Positions 12,127 through 24,048 of a stretch of DNA of 64,000 bases are shown here, piece after piece (the stretch's first letter is position 1; each line of letters starts with the position of its first letter). A program made the position numbers and the translations under genes. The stretch comes from Balanoglossus misakiensis (Eukaryota; Animalia; Hemichordata): positions 11,289,403 to 11,353,402 of the forward strand of contig CM082587.2 of assembly GCA_040954595.2 (NCBI GenBank), in the 5' to 3' direction. A model generated the notes under the pieces. The model was not told the origin of the DNA, searched no databases, and was given only the letters and a program-made list of their open reading frames with translations.

Positions 12127-14331
12127 TTACTTACTGTGAGCTACCCTTTGAGCTACACAGATAGGACCCAAGGAAAATAAGCCATCTGCTTCCGCTGCCA
12201 TATCTCGCAGATAAGCAGAGGAAAAAGTAGTCTGTGATCTCCACTGGACTGCAGACAATAAATCAGCCATGGAAGTCCCTGAAAAAAGTGACCATGAAGC
12301 AGCAAGAGCTCTGACTTCATGAGCTGACACCTTAGCCCAGCTAATTGCTTCTTCTGAAGGGCTAGAATAAGCAAACTTAATAGTCTCGACGATCCATCTG
12401 GAAATAGTCGACTGTGAAATAGACATACTGGGTGTAACCCTAATGGAGATAAACAGTCTTGTCTGCTCTCCCCTCCTGTCTTTTGTTCTCTGCAAATAAT
12501 ACTTCAGTGCTCTGATAGGACAGAGCAACCTATCCTCTGAACGCTGACCGACTAACTTCGTCAGTTTCGGAATAACCAGAGGCGATTGTGGCAGATCCGC
12601 AATCCGATTCTTTGCCAAGAAAGCTGGGTCAGTAAGCAAAGTGACACTGTCTGCTGACCAACGAATATGAGCTGAAGCCATAGACAGGGCATGAAGCTCA
12701 CTACGGCGACCTGCCGTAGCTAATGCCAAAAGAAAAACAGTCTTGTACGTCAAGAACTTCATCTCTGCTGTTTGCAAAGGTTCAAATGGAGCTCCTAATA
12801 AAGCATGTAGAACCAAAGATAAACTCCACTGGGGAACCAGTGACTTTACAACTGGTCGCGCCAAAGAGAAATTACTAATCAAAGCAGAAATAGACCCGTC
12901 CAGGGTAGTAACTTCCTCACCCAACAATCGAAGTGTGTTACCTATAGCTGAACGGTACGCCTTAATAGTGCTCACTGCTGTCTTTTTCTCCCTAAACAAG
13001 TAGAGGAAAAAATCTGCTAGCTGAGGAGGCGTGGGTCTGAGAAAATCAATCGACCTTTTCTCACACCAATGACGAAAGGAACACCACTTTGAATCATATG
13101 CTGCCGTGGTGGATGCTCGTCGGCGTTGTGCGATGCGCGAGGCAGCTTCTGCAGAAAAGCCTCTTGCCTGAAAACTGAGCTTGATAGTCTCCAAGCGTGG
13201 AGGTGAAGGTGTTGTGCTACCGGAGGCAGCCGAACAGTCTCCTCCATGCAATTGTGTGGTAATGTCAGTGGACAGTCCACCAGTAACTGGAGTAGTCTTG
13301 GAAACCAAGGACGTGTTGGCCATAGTGGTGCAACTAGAAGTATTTCGCATTCTTCGTGTGCTACCTTGGAAATTACCCTGGAGATCAACGGTAGTGGGGG
13401 AAATGCATATGCCAACATTCCCTTCCAGCTGATTGACAGAGCGTCGCATGCTAGTGCTTGTGGTTCCGACCTTAGTGACGCGTAAATCGGGAACTTGCGA
13501 TTCTTGGCTGTCGCAAATAGGTCTACGTGGGGCCTGTCCCAAATCAGACAAATCTGCTCTACTAGCGGTTGCCGTAGAGCGCACTCTAGTGGATATAACT
13601 TGTCCCGTGATAGAGCATCTGCCAGAATGTTGCTTGTGCCCTGAACGTGGAGTGCTTTCAGCGTGATGCTGTTCGCCTGGCACCAATTCAGCATGTCCCA
13701 TACCAGATAACACAGGCTGGGTGATCTGGTGCCGCCCTGGTGATTTATAAATGCGACTACTGTGGTGTTGTCTGACCTGATCAGAATCACCTTGCCGCAA
13801 ATGTCTTGGTGAAAGTGGAGAAGTGCATACTGTACTGCCTTCATTTCCAACCAATTTATGTGCCGCACTGACTGGTCGACTGACCATATCCCTGAAATTG
13901 TCCTGTCTCCCAAGTGTGCACCCCACCCTTGGAGTGATGCGTCCACAAACAGTGACACCGTCGCCAACGGGGATACTAGGGGATTTCCCTCGAGAGTATT
14001 CCCCCTGTCTAGCCACCATTGCAGGTGTGAAACTAGAGGTGGCTTTACCTGAATAAGGTCTGTCAACTGACCGGATACCGGCCTCCAATGAGCCAACAGG
14101 AACAGTTGAATTGGCCTCATATGTAGTCTGCCTAAAGGTATTGCCTCGGCTAGAAAGTTCATGCGACCCAGGATGCTGAGCAATGTGCGTGCTTGGACCA
14201 TGGACTCTGAACTGATCCGATGCACTTGTTGTTCTAATTTCAACAGGTTTTCCTCCGTAGGGAAAACTAAACCCTTGGACAGATCCATGACCATGCCAAT
14301 GAACTGGATCCTCTGTGAGGGGATTAGACAA
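12127..14331 (-). CDS. DIRS tyrosine recombinase ORF (5' part overlaps pol)
   Basis: RRASTTAAYDSKW core-binding region; catalytic R (GRRSEL), HEVR, W, Y (AYLRD); LLCPIRAL motif. Confidence 0.95.
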   Translation of the reverse strand: MSNPLTEDPVHWHGHGSVQGFSFPYGGKPVEIRTTSASDQFRVHGPSTHIAQHPGSHELSSRGNTFRQTTYEANSTVPVGSLEAGIRSVDRPYSGKATSSFTPAMVARQGEYSRGKSPSIPVGDGVTVCGRITPRVGCTLGRQDNFRDMVSRPVSAAHKLVGNEGSTVCTSPLSPRHLRQGDSDQVRQHHSSRIYKSPGRHQITQPVLSGMGHAELVPGEQHHAESTPRSGHKQHSGRCSITGQVISTRVRSTATASRADLSDLGQAPRRPICDSQESQVPDLRVTKVGTTSTSMRRSVNQLEGNVGICISPTTVDLQGNFQGSTRRMRNTSSCTTMANTSLVSKTTPVTGGLSTDITTQLHGGDCSAASGSTTPSPPRLETIKLSFQARGFSAEAASRIAQRRRASTTAAYDSKWCSFRHWCEKRSIDFLRPTPPQLADFFLYLFREKKTAVSTIKAYRSAIGNTLRLLGEEVTTLDGSISALISNFSLARPVVKSLVPQWSLSLVLHALLGAPFEPLQTAEMKFLTYKTVFLLALATAGRRSELHALSMASAHIRWSADSVTLLTDPAFLAKNRIADLPQSPLVIPKLTKLVGQRSEDRLLCPIRALKYYLQRTKDRRGEQTRLFISIRVTPSMSISQSTISRWIVETIKFAYSSPSEEAISWAKVSAHEVRALAASWSLFSGTSMADLLSAVQWRSQTTFSSAYLRDMAAEADGLFSLGPICVAQRVAHSK

Positions 14332-15206
14332 GACTTATCTGTGCTCGGAATGAACCCCACACGAACGGTCTCCCGTAGTGTGGTTTGTGTGTCTGCCAGT
14401 GTCAACTGGAAACTGGAATTGTGTAGCAACCAGTCGTCCAGGTATGGATTGGCTTGTACTGCTCGGGAATGAAGAAAAGCCATCAACGCCCCTACTACCC
14501 GTGTAAAAATAGCCGGGGCAGTGGCCAAACCGAACGGAAGAGCCACAAACTGGAACAGTTTGCTCCCTATCGCAAAGCGAAAGTACCTCTGGAAGTGAGC
14601 ATGGATAGGAATGTGGAAATAAGCGTCCTGCAAGTCTATCGTCGTTGCCCAATCTCCCGTGGAGAGAGCCTGACGAATAGTTCGAGTGGTCTCCATACGG
14701 AAAGACTCGATTATAATGTACTGATTGAGCACGCTCAGGTCCAAAATGGGTCTCCATCCCTGTGATTTCCTTTGAATAAGGAAAACACGACTGAAAAACC
14801 CCGTATCCTGAACTGGTAAAGGGACCTTTTGAATGGCCCCTTTTTCCAACAGCCCCTGTATGGCCCTCCACATAGGAGGGGAAGGGTGCGATACCAAATG
14901 ACTTGGAGGATACAACGAAAGGGGTGGAAACGTCCTGAAGAATAGACGAACCCCTTCCGAAACTAAAGAGAGGACTGTTTGGTCGTCTGTAATTTTCTGC
15001 CATTCCTGGGCAAAATGTTTCAGACGACCCCCAACTGCTACCTGTGGCAATGGTGTCTGGGGCATAGTCACAGATTGTGACCCCATTACCCCTTTGTCCT
15101 GACTTGTGTAGTCACTTGTGCTGGCTGCTAGCCCCTTTGGGGGGCTTAGCCTGCTGACGAAAGGGCTGACCCTTCCTTTGCTTGTTAAATGGTCTCTTCC
15201 TAGCAA
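13017..15206 (-). CDS. DIRS pol: reverse transcriptase, RNase H and Dam-like methyltransferase (MT) domain
   Basis: IDLQDAYFHIPI, LPFGLATAP, YLDD; RNase H FVDASLQGWG, HINWLE, SDNTT; MT VDLFAT...YAFPP...VAPLWP. Confidence 0.97.
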   Translation of the reverse strand: MLGRDHLTSKGRVSPFVSRLSPPKGLAASTSDYTSQDKGVMGSQSVTMPQTPLPQVAVGGRLKHFAQEWQKITDDQTVLSLVSEGVRLFFRTFPPLSLYPPSHLVSHPSPPMWRAIQGLLEKGAIQKVPLPVQDTGFFSRVFLIQRKSQGWRPILDLSVLNQYIIIESFRMETTRTIRQALSTGDWATTIDLQDAYFHIPIHAHFQRYFRFAIGSKLFQFVALPFGLATAPAIFTRVVGALMAFLHSRAVQANPYLDDWLLHNSSFQLTLADTQTTLRETVRVGFIPSTDKSCLIPSQRIQFIGMVMDLSKGLVFPTEENLLKLEQQVHRISSESMVQARTLLSILGRMNFLAEAIPLGRLHMRPIQLFLLAHWRPVSGQLTDLIQVKPPLVSHLQWWLDRGNTLEGNPLVSPLATVSLFVDASLQGWGAHLGDRTISGIWSVDQSVRHINWLEMKAVQYALLHFHQDICGKVILIRSDNTTVVAFINHQGGTRSPSLCYLVWDMLNWCQANSITLKALHVQGTSNILADALSRDKLYPLECALRQPLVEQICLIWDRPHVDLFATAKNRKFPIYASLRSEPQALACDALSISWKGMLAYAFPPLPLISRVISKVAHEECEILLVAPLWPTRPWFPRLLQLLVDCPLTLPHNCMEETVRLPPVAQHLHLHAWRLSSSVFRQEAFLQKLPRASHNADEHPPRQHMIQSGVPFVIGVRKGRLIFSDPRLLS

Positions 15207-16863
15207 ACTTCCGTTTGCCGGTGAACTTTGACCCAGAGACAGAAGACTGAGCCTGTGCTACTGCTAACTGTTCTACAGCCAACTTCTGCTTAAGCAACTC
15301 CTCATTTGTTCTAAGAACAGCATCAAATTGCCCATTAAAAACCAATGGACCTGACCATGGGAGAAGACGGGCAGTACGAGCTGCCTCCCTTTCCAAAGGA
15401 AGATGACTGATAAGATGGTCACGCGTCATCAACACTTGAGACGCTGCCATACGAGAATTCAATTCTGCTTGATAAACCACAGCCTTAGCGGCTTCAGTTA
15501 ACAACAGTTTGGCATGCTGCCAATTTTCTGCTATCTGAGGAGTAGATTCACCCTCCTGCATGGGTTTAAGCTCTCTGCTTAAAGCTGAGAGTAACAGAAA
15601 AGTGCAATTAGAGATCCTTGCGGAAAGACGAGTAGTTGCCTCTAAGCGGGCAAAATCCTCAGCCCTAATCACATAATTCCTCAAAACCTCTTTATTTCTT
15701 ACCAACTGCTTTGCGGATTCATCAACCGCTGGTGAAGAGTGGTAGAATGGTCCACGTGTAAGATCAAACACGCGACTACCCTGAGGTCTAGACACCAATG
15801 GGAAAACATGACTTGGCATCCCTTGAGGGTAACAACGAGGTTTCTTGTTAGCAGTGTAACAAAAGTCCCTGGTGCCGTTAATCTCGGCATGTACCGTGTC
15901 TATCAGAGACGACAGACGAGGAATAAAAGGTAGCTTTCGGTGTACCGGATCAGCTGCCTTACCCAACACATGTTCAAAAGAAGCCGTCAGCTGTTCTGCC
16001 GACACTTCAGCAGTGGGTGGGGGACATTCCTCAGGGGGTACAGTATTATACACTAGCATAACCGCGTCAGCCCATTGACTGGCGCGACTAGTTTCCTCTT
16101 GATCGGACAAACTGTCTTCGTCCTCATCCTGCCCCTCTGACTCCGATTGTGAAACATCGAAGGAGGAAATAGGAGGGGCAGGGACAGTGTGACCACTGTG
16201 CACAGGATTTTGGCCCGACACAGAGACCCGATTAGCTTGAGCAGGCATACCCCAGCTTGTGGACTGAAGTGGTGCCGCCAAATTAGAGGGAGGACAAGTC
16301 CATGGGAAACCCCACGACTGTTGGAAGCCCGGAGGGGGAAAATTCCCACCAGCCTAAGCGACTCCCGAAGCTAATTGGTCTGGTACACACATAGGGGGTG
16401 GGCCGTGAAGCCCTCCCCACACACTACCGGCACTACCTATGGACGTCGAAGGCACTGGATTAGCCAAGACGGAGGTAGGAACCGTATGAAAATACCTAGA
16501 AGACATACCTGCATAATTCGGCCAAACACCTGACTGAACAGTTTGCGCCGATGAAACACCTCCCAAATGAGACGGACCCGGAACTGCTGCATCCAAAAAG
16601 GAAGAAACCGGCAAAACAGGAGTTTCTGCAACCGTCCTAGCAGCTGATGAATCCAACTTGGATCGCTTCGAAGCGAGCGAAGCCCTAGCAGAAGCATGGC
16701 CGCCATCTTGGGATGACCCCCTAGCTAACTCAGAAAAAACATCAGGCTCTTCAGAGTGCGCTGAATGGAAAGCTTGACCCGGAATAGGCAGTTGAGAGTC
16801 TTCTATTTCCGAAGGAGTACGAGAAGACGACCGCGACGCGGTGTCAGAAACTCTCTCCGTCAT
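15112..16863 (-). CDS. DIRS gag-like ORF1 with a single in-frame TAG
   Basis: ORFs 16354-16863 and 15112-16281 are in one frame: ...DQLASGVA*AGGNFPPPGFQQSWGFPWTCPPSNLAAPLQ...; position upstream of pol. Confidence 0.85.
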
Positions 16864-17148
16864 GGTTCCAGTGAAAACACGAAAAAATGCACGGGCAAAA
16901 ATGGCTTCTGAAGGCTATATGAAAAGACAATACCGCAGAAGCCCTACACACTGACCCGTACACGTGCGGGAAAAATCCGAAAAACAAACTTTGCAAGTGC
17001 CAAAATAACACTAGCAAGCAGTTTAGAAAATAAGTCGTTACTTATCTACTTCCCCAATCGAAAAACCTCAGGCGAAAAGCAGCAATGGTCGAAGGGCTGA
17101 GCACTTCTTGACAAAAATCCAACACCTCAAGAGAGAAGATGTCCGCTG

Positions 17149-17296
17149 TCTCGTGCTGAGATAATAATACTGAATATTCACGGCTGGACAGGTGTTATGT
17201 GTACTCGGTGAGTATGACGTAATCAGGGGAAAGTTTTTTTATCTCAGCGGTCGTTAGAGGGCGAGATATATTAGGCTATAGGTTGGATCAAAGGTA
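17149..17296. repeat. DIRS 5' inverted terminal repeat
   Basis: Reverse complement of 11700-11843. Confidence 0.95.
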
Positions 17297-18109
17297 TGGT
17301 ATTTATGCCATAGAAATGAACACAACATATTTACAACTGTACAATCAAACATAACAGCTTTGAGACAAGCTACTTGAACAGAGAGTAGTTAAGCAAGGTT
17401 AAAAATGCCCCAAACTACAAACATGCAATCTTAACCATAATTTACAATACATTTTACCCAATTTAACTGACTTAGATTGTTGCAATTGTCAAGGCAATAA
17501 GAACTCAAAAAGGAACAAAAACCTCCCTAAAATATAGATATCCATAAGGGTGCATCTTTGTTGCTACATTACCAACTTGAGTAATAAATCTGATTATAAT
17601 GTACTTGAATTATAAGTCAGTCAGACCAATAATAATCATAAAATAATAATGCAAATTATATCATTACCTGTTGTAAGATATTCTTACAGGACTTCTTCCA
17701 CTCTTCTGAAGCTGTATTTGCAGATAGTAACCTGTCACGGCACAACTGGACCTAATGAAAGTAATGAAACACAAAGTGTAATGGCATACTTCTTTTTGCA
17801 TAACTATATGATATTTGATAATGCAGTGATAAGATCAAGTCACCCCCTGAAATGTCATCCCCTGAAATGTTACTACCAAAATTAAATTTGGATCCTTGTA
17901 TATAAAAAAAAACAGCGTGTTCGTGCCTGTTAGAAGAAAAAATACATGTAGCCTGTAGTAAAAGTCATCCTATTACACCATTGCCATCACCAGTCAATAA
18001 TGGGGCATGAGAACTTCATGAAAAAAGTGAAGAAATTACTCCATGACAGTAAAAACTGTTGTAATCAAAGCTTCAACGACCAAGTTACATATACTTTGCA
18101 ATTTCTCAC

Positions 18110-18719
18110 CTTCTCTCTTGTGCTGATCCGGTGTACCAGGTGCTGAATATCATTGTGTCTGTTGGATACCCACATCGCTGCCTCTTCTGGCAGATTACAA
18201 TAAATTTTGCAATTTCTTGCTTTAAAAAGGGGTCGATCTTTGTATTTGTCACTCATTTGCTTCGTGGCTGTAAAGTTATACTGGCCTCCGAGAATACTAT
18301 ATTTATATCCATTCACCTGGAAAATATACAATAAATTATTATGACTTATATTATGAACATTACATCTGCTGTAAGATTATATTCAACATCTCTGAATAAT
18401 TTTTGTGTTACATGAATAGATGGACCTAAACAATTAGCTTTTATAATAGTAGAAAAACCTTTGATGTAGCAGATTATTGAAACTTGTCAATGCTGCATTT
18501 AATGAAAAGTACTGTTTTTTTCGCATTCGCAGCAGTTGCTCATACTTACATTATTCTTATTAAATTTGTTCTTCTCAACATCCACCATGACTATATATGG
18601 AATGTAGGAGTCGTCGGTGAACTTTTCCATACTGTCAACAAGTTGTTTCACGAAATAGTTGTCGACGTCCCGTACTTGTTTGCCCAGGTGCAAATTGCAT
18701 ATGTGAATGCTTGAAATAC
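18110..18719 (-). CDS. Two exons encoding ParB/Sulfiredoxin-like domain
   Basis: IHICNLHLGKQVRDVDNYFVKQLVDSME...PYIVMVD...YSILGGQYNFTATKQM...CKIYCNLPEEAAMWVSNRHN matches the ParB-N layout (I.I..L, R......L..S, P.IV, Y.I.xG.H...A, ..EEA.....EN). Confidence 0.62.
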
Positions 18720-21193
18720 CTTCAGATGAAACAGAAAAAAAAAGATGAACAATGACACTCACTATGATTGTGGAAATACCCTGGCAGATCTCACAAGAGA
18801 TCCCCAGCCATTTTAGCAGAAATGTTAGCAATAGTCTTATTTTGGAGCCCCTCAAGTCTTGCCAAATCCAAATCTTAAAATAATGTAATGGACATGAAAC
18901 AAAATTTAAAAACACATGTATGTATTGTTCTTTGGCAATCATTAATAAGTGTGACTGGATTGTATCATAAAATAAAATAAATCGATGTGCTTATGCAGAA
19001 ATCATATTGAAACCGACATACCGCAACAAAAATTGACATGCATTATAAGTATGATGCAAGTTTATGTCCTTGTATTAATTTCGACAAATATATTATGAAT
19101 CACTGACAACCAGACAGTCTATGTGACACCCAAGCTTTAAAAACATCCTCACCAGGAATCGCATGGCTTTCAACAAGCTGCTGCATAGAAATGTCTGCTT
19201 CAACTTCACAAGCAGGTGATCCCTTTCTCCTCTTCTTTGTCAAATCTGGTATACTGTCGCCACTTTTTGGTCGTTTCTTCTTGTTTTGTTTCTTGCCGGT
19301 ACCTACACGTATACTAAGGAGATAAGACATAATAAAAAATGCATATAAGTAAACAGTACAAGCACCTGTGCTTCTATTCAGCTTATAAAGTTCAATACAA
19401 TTGGCAGAATGTTCTAACAGGAGAAGGCAGAGGGTAACGGGATAGTAAAAGCTCCAAGCATATTCCTGACGAGTCAGTTCATCCTCAATTTCCGTGAAGC
19501 TAAATTATTCACTCCCCACCCCTCTGAATCACTGTCCTAAGCCTACTTCAGTGTAAGTATTTTTTTGCTTATATTTTGTAGTTTCCTTTCCTATTACAGG
19601 ATATTGTATGATTCTGGGTTGGATCATCCAGAAACTGACATAGAGGATTTGTTAAATTTCATTATTGTAAAAACATTCAATTACCAAGGACAAAGTTATA
19701 CCCATGAACTTGCCAAGTCTTTCTAATTTCACAGCTCTATATAAAAATTGTCATTGACATGAAGCTTGTCATCAAAACACAATTCCCTTCTGTTGGTGCC
19801 ATTCAAAATTAAACCCCTGTACCCAAATAATTGACAAGTACGATTTCAGCTTCACACACGCCTGGTTATACAAACGACTTACATAGGAAGTACTGATTTT
19901 CCTCATAACTTACCAAATGTTGTTAGAACTGTTGATAGGATCAGGAGACACAGATCTACTTCCAGTGGGACTGCCTGTGTTGATAGGATCAGGAGACACA
20001 GATCTACTTCCAGTGGGACTGCCTGATGTGCTACTGGTAGGGCTACTTTGACTGCTTGATGTCCTGCGAGGTGGAGACTCACTGTCAGATACTGATGAAA
20101 CTGTTTCCATAGTAACATCCGCTTGCTCAATTGGTGTCAGCTCTTCTGGATGCTCACTGGCACTGCTCACTAGTTCCCTGTATTTTGTTACAAAGTCAGC
20201 TGCAACTGTTATGTCTCGAAAGTTGCGACAGAAGTCATTTCGATGCCACTCAAATTCTTGACGATAGAAAGTATGGCGCTGAGTCTCAAAATGTATCTGA
20301 AGAGAAAACAAACAACTGCGTCAATGCAATGACAAAACAACCCTGAAAATCAATACTTATGAATCATATGTCTAACTATTTACTAACAAGTATCACTATC
20401 ACACAGTGGAGTTGAAGATTAGCCATATCAAATCTACTGGTACAACCCTTCCTACCAAACACATTTCTGGAGACAAACGTATGAGCCCCCCCCCCCTCCA
20501 CACACACACACACACACATACATATGTACAAACTCATACTTCCATGAATACGAGAGTAACTGGAACAACAAGACTAACCTTGATGCCAACTTGTCCAAGG
20601 CTGTTTCTGTTTTTGACGTCCATTTCCAACTTCACAACAGCAGAAGTTGGTTCTTTTGCGTCTTGCCCACGACCACCTTTCGTCAGCCGGTGTCCAACCT
20701 TGCCATTTGCACCACTCTTTTTTGGGTCCGTGACATGCACGAAAACTTCGTTCTCTTTCTCACCTTCCACAAACCACCAATGCCTTTTCACGGTCATCTC
20801 AGTTGCCAAGTCTTCTTCGCTGTACCGCAGAATGGGTATACTGATTGTAGCCATCTCACCACACTGTTTATATGCAGTTGCTCATGCCCAGGGTAGTCGA
20901 AAACGGAGGGTAATTTGCATGGCATTTCCTGTCAGTATTTAACACTTCATTGTAGAGTGATCTGGAGGGTCAGGTGTGTATTAGGGAGTGATTAGGAACT
21001 TCCTGTCGCAACGGCCGATGAACGACGCTCAACGGCCACCTGTCTGGCCCTGCGAACAATAGTACGTCGTACACATCTTTGCTTCTTCGCACCGCGCACG
21101 ATTTCCAGAGATTTTTTATCTTGATTTATCTTGATTGCCATGATTTAAATCATGGCCAGTCAGGGAAGGAAGCCTTTTGGCTTATATAATCCC

Positions 21194-24048
21194 TCATTGT
21201 CCTTTGTAGCTGTCAAGTCTTATTTTGAAGTCCAGAACAGTTTTAGCATCAACAATATGTGTAGGTAGTTTGTTCCATTCAGCTATAATCCGTTGGGTGA
21301 AGAAGAATTTCCTGCAGTCCAGGCGAAAGCATGATTTTGCTAATTTAAGTGAGTGCCCCCTTGTCCTGTGATGTTGACTGAATGTGAACAGTACGTCTGG
21401 GGAAACTCTATCTATTCCTCTCACAATCCTGAATACTTGTATCAAGTCCCCTCTTGTTCTTCTTTCTTCTAAAGTTGTCAGTTTAAGTTCTTTTAACCTG
21501 GATTCATAACTGAGATGGCTAAGCTCTGGTATCAGTTTTGTTGCTCTTCGTTGTACTTTTTCGACTAATTCAACATCCTTAGTATAGTGTGGGTTCCAGT
21601 ATTGTACAGCATATTCAATGTGGGGTCTAACCAGTGACTTGTATAGTTGCATAATATTGAACTTTGTCTTGTACTTTATATTCCTTTTAATAACTCCAAG
21701 GGCTCTATTTGCTTTCTTTACTGCTTCAGCACAGTGTCGACTTGTCTTCATGGAATTATGAATAAGCACCCCCAGATCCTTTTCCTCTTCAACTGGAGTG
21801 AGTGCTTTATTATTCATGGTGTAGTTAAATGATGGATTTGTTGATCCCACATGCATTACCTTACATTTGTCAACATTAAATGACATCTGCCATTCCTCCG
21901 ACCAAGCTTCAAGGTTGTCAAGATCTTTCTGGAATTTCTCCTTGTCCTCCTGATTCCTAACAATTCTGCCAAGTTTAGTGTCATCAGCAAACTTAAGGAT
22001 CACTGACTTTACAGCATCGTCAATGTCATTAATATAAATCAGGAATAAGATGGGACCGAGCACGGACCCCTGTGGGACACCACTTGTAACTGTAGACCAC
22101 ATAGATGCTGAACCATTTAATACTGTTCGCTGTGCTCTTCCATCTAACCAATTCTGTATCCATGACTTAATTTTACCGACGATGCCATGAGCTTCTAGTT
22201 TAGCCACCAACCTGGTGTGTGGGACCTTGTCAAAAGCTTTACTGAAATCCAGGTAGGCTATGTCGACTGGCTTTCCCTCATCCACAGATTTAGTAACATA
22301 TTCGAAGAACACCAGTAGATTTGTCACACAAGATAACCCTTTCCTGAAACCATGCTGACTATCCTTTATCAGTTTGTTTGTCTCCAAGTGGTCCACAATG
22401 GCATTCCTAATTAGTGTCTCAAATAGCTTACACAGGATTGAGGTTAGACTTACAGGTCTGTAGTTTCCAGTTTTGCACTTGGGCCCTTTTTTGTATATTG
22501 GTGTGACGTTGGCTTTCTTCCATACTTCTGGAACTGTTCCTTGTTGTAGTGTTGCATTGAAAATGACTGTGATTGGCCAAGCTAGCTCTTCTGCCAGTTC
22601 TCTCAGTACCTTTGGATGAATATTATCTGGCCCTGGCGTTTTAATGGGATTTAACTTTCTCAGTAGCTTGAGTACATCTTCTTGTGTTACTATGATATCT
22701 GATAGAAATTTGTCAGTGTCACTAATTATCTGTTCAGGTTGTGGAATATTGCTTAGATCCTCCCTTGTGAACACAGATGCAAAGAAGTTATTTAGTAACT
22801 CAGCCATAGCCTTATCTGTAACTACTGTTTCACCGGAATCATCCTTCAGTGGTCCAACTGTGTCCCTAGTTTTCTGTTTCTTCCTTATGTAGGCATAGTA
22901 GCTTTTTGGATCCTTCTTAATATTCTTACAAAGTTCCTTTTCAAAGAGTCGTTTTGCTGTACGGATTTCTTGACACGTTTCTCTCTGTGCATGCTTGTAA
23001 CTAACAAAGTCACTATAGTCTTTTGATTGTGTATATCTTTTCCAAGCATTATATTTCTTCCTAATTTTCTTTAGTACCTTCTTGTTAATCCACAATGGTT
23101 GATTTCTTTTCTTCTTATACTGCTGGGGTGTAAATTTAGTCACAGTTTCATTGATAACATTTATCAGTTTATCCCAGCATTGCTCTACGTTGATTTCCCT
23201 GAAAGTTTCTTCCCAATTTATGTGCTTTAAATGTTCCTTCATTCCTTTGTAGTCTGCCCTATTATAATTTAGCGTGTGACTCGCTTTAACTTTAATAGGT
23301 ATGTTTACAGTTGTGTTCCAAACAAGAGTTAAGTGGTCACTGTTCCCAAGATGTTCCCTGACTTCAACATCATCTATCATCTGTGGCTCTGTAGTAAACA
23401 CTAAGTCAAGAATAGACTTCCCCTTGTAGGCAATAGTACATGTTGTGTGTAAAAACAATCTTGTACAGCATCCAGAAACTCCTGGCTATCTTTAGTTCCT
23501 GCAGATTGCCTCTGCCAGTCTATGGACGGATAATTAAAATCACCCATACACAGAACACGCTGTGTACTTGCAGCATTTAATAGTCTCACGAGTTCAGCGT
23601 TGTTACTGCTATCAGAGTTCGGGCTACGATAACATACTCCAACAAGTAAGCTATCTCCATCACCACACATTATCTCGCCCCATATACTTTCTTGGAAGCC
23701 AAAATTGGACAAATCGTCTCTTGGTAAGACAGTGTACTTGTTCTTTATATACAAAATTACTCCCCCTCCCCGTCTATTTGTTCTGTCTTTCCTCAACATA
23801 TTATAACCTTGGAGAGTTAGCTCAGCATCAGAATAACTTTCATTTGCCCAGGACTCAGTTACTGCAATTATATCTGGATTTATTTCTGCAGCCATAGATT
23901 CCAAGTCTTCCAGTTTGTTGATCAAACTTCTTGCATTGGTGCATATACAAAGTAAATTATTTACAGTTTCACATCTTCTGTCTTGACTCTGATTTGATGA
24001 ATAAATACTATTTACACTATTTACACTATCCGAGCAGCTTTGGCTCAT
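21194..24048 (-). pseudogene. LINE ORF2: AP endonuclease + reverse transcriptase, one frameshift near 23420
   Basis: TNARSL, VTESW, GGGV, YRSP, MGDFN, SDH (APE); NYRPVSLTS, LDFSKAFDKV, GVPQGSVLGP, FADD (RT); CR1-type C-terminus TRGHSLKL. Confidence 0.95.

Larger units (their letters stand above)
11659..17316 (-). mobile_element. Full-length DIRS1-type tyrosine-recombinase retrotransposon
   Basis: Inverted terminal repeats 11700-11843 / 17149-17296, internal complementary region 11955-12053 matching both extreme ends, TTT trinucleotide at both termini, gag + RT/RNaseH/MT + YR ORFs. Confidence 0.97.
8780..20854 (-). pseudogene. 10-exon gene, ~832 aa: N-terminal unknown domain, Ser-rich linker, basic NLS, ParB/Srx-like domain, helical region, degenerate N6/N4 DNA methyltransferase-like C-terminus; one in-frame TGA
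   Basis: Phase-consistent GT-AG exons: 20854-20540, 20296-19914, 19313-19153, 18719-18550, 18316-18110, 17751-17668, 11649-11026, 10643-10454, 9958-9743, 8928-8780 (2499 nt). In-frame TGA at 10622-10620. Start codon uncertain (possible frameshifted upstream start near 20925). Confidence 0.8.

Noticed and set aside
12743-16374. Plus-strand ORFs over the DIRS and similar antisense ORFs over LINE/Penelope
   Set aside because: Shadow frames of real opposite-strand ORFs with no motifs.
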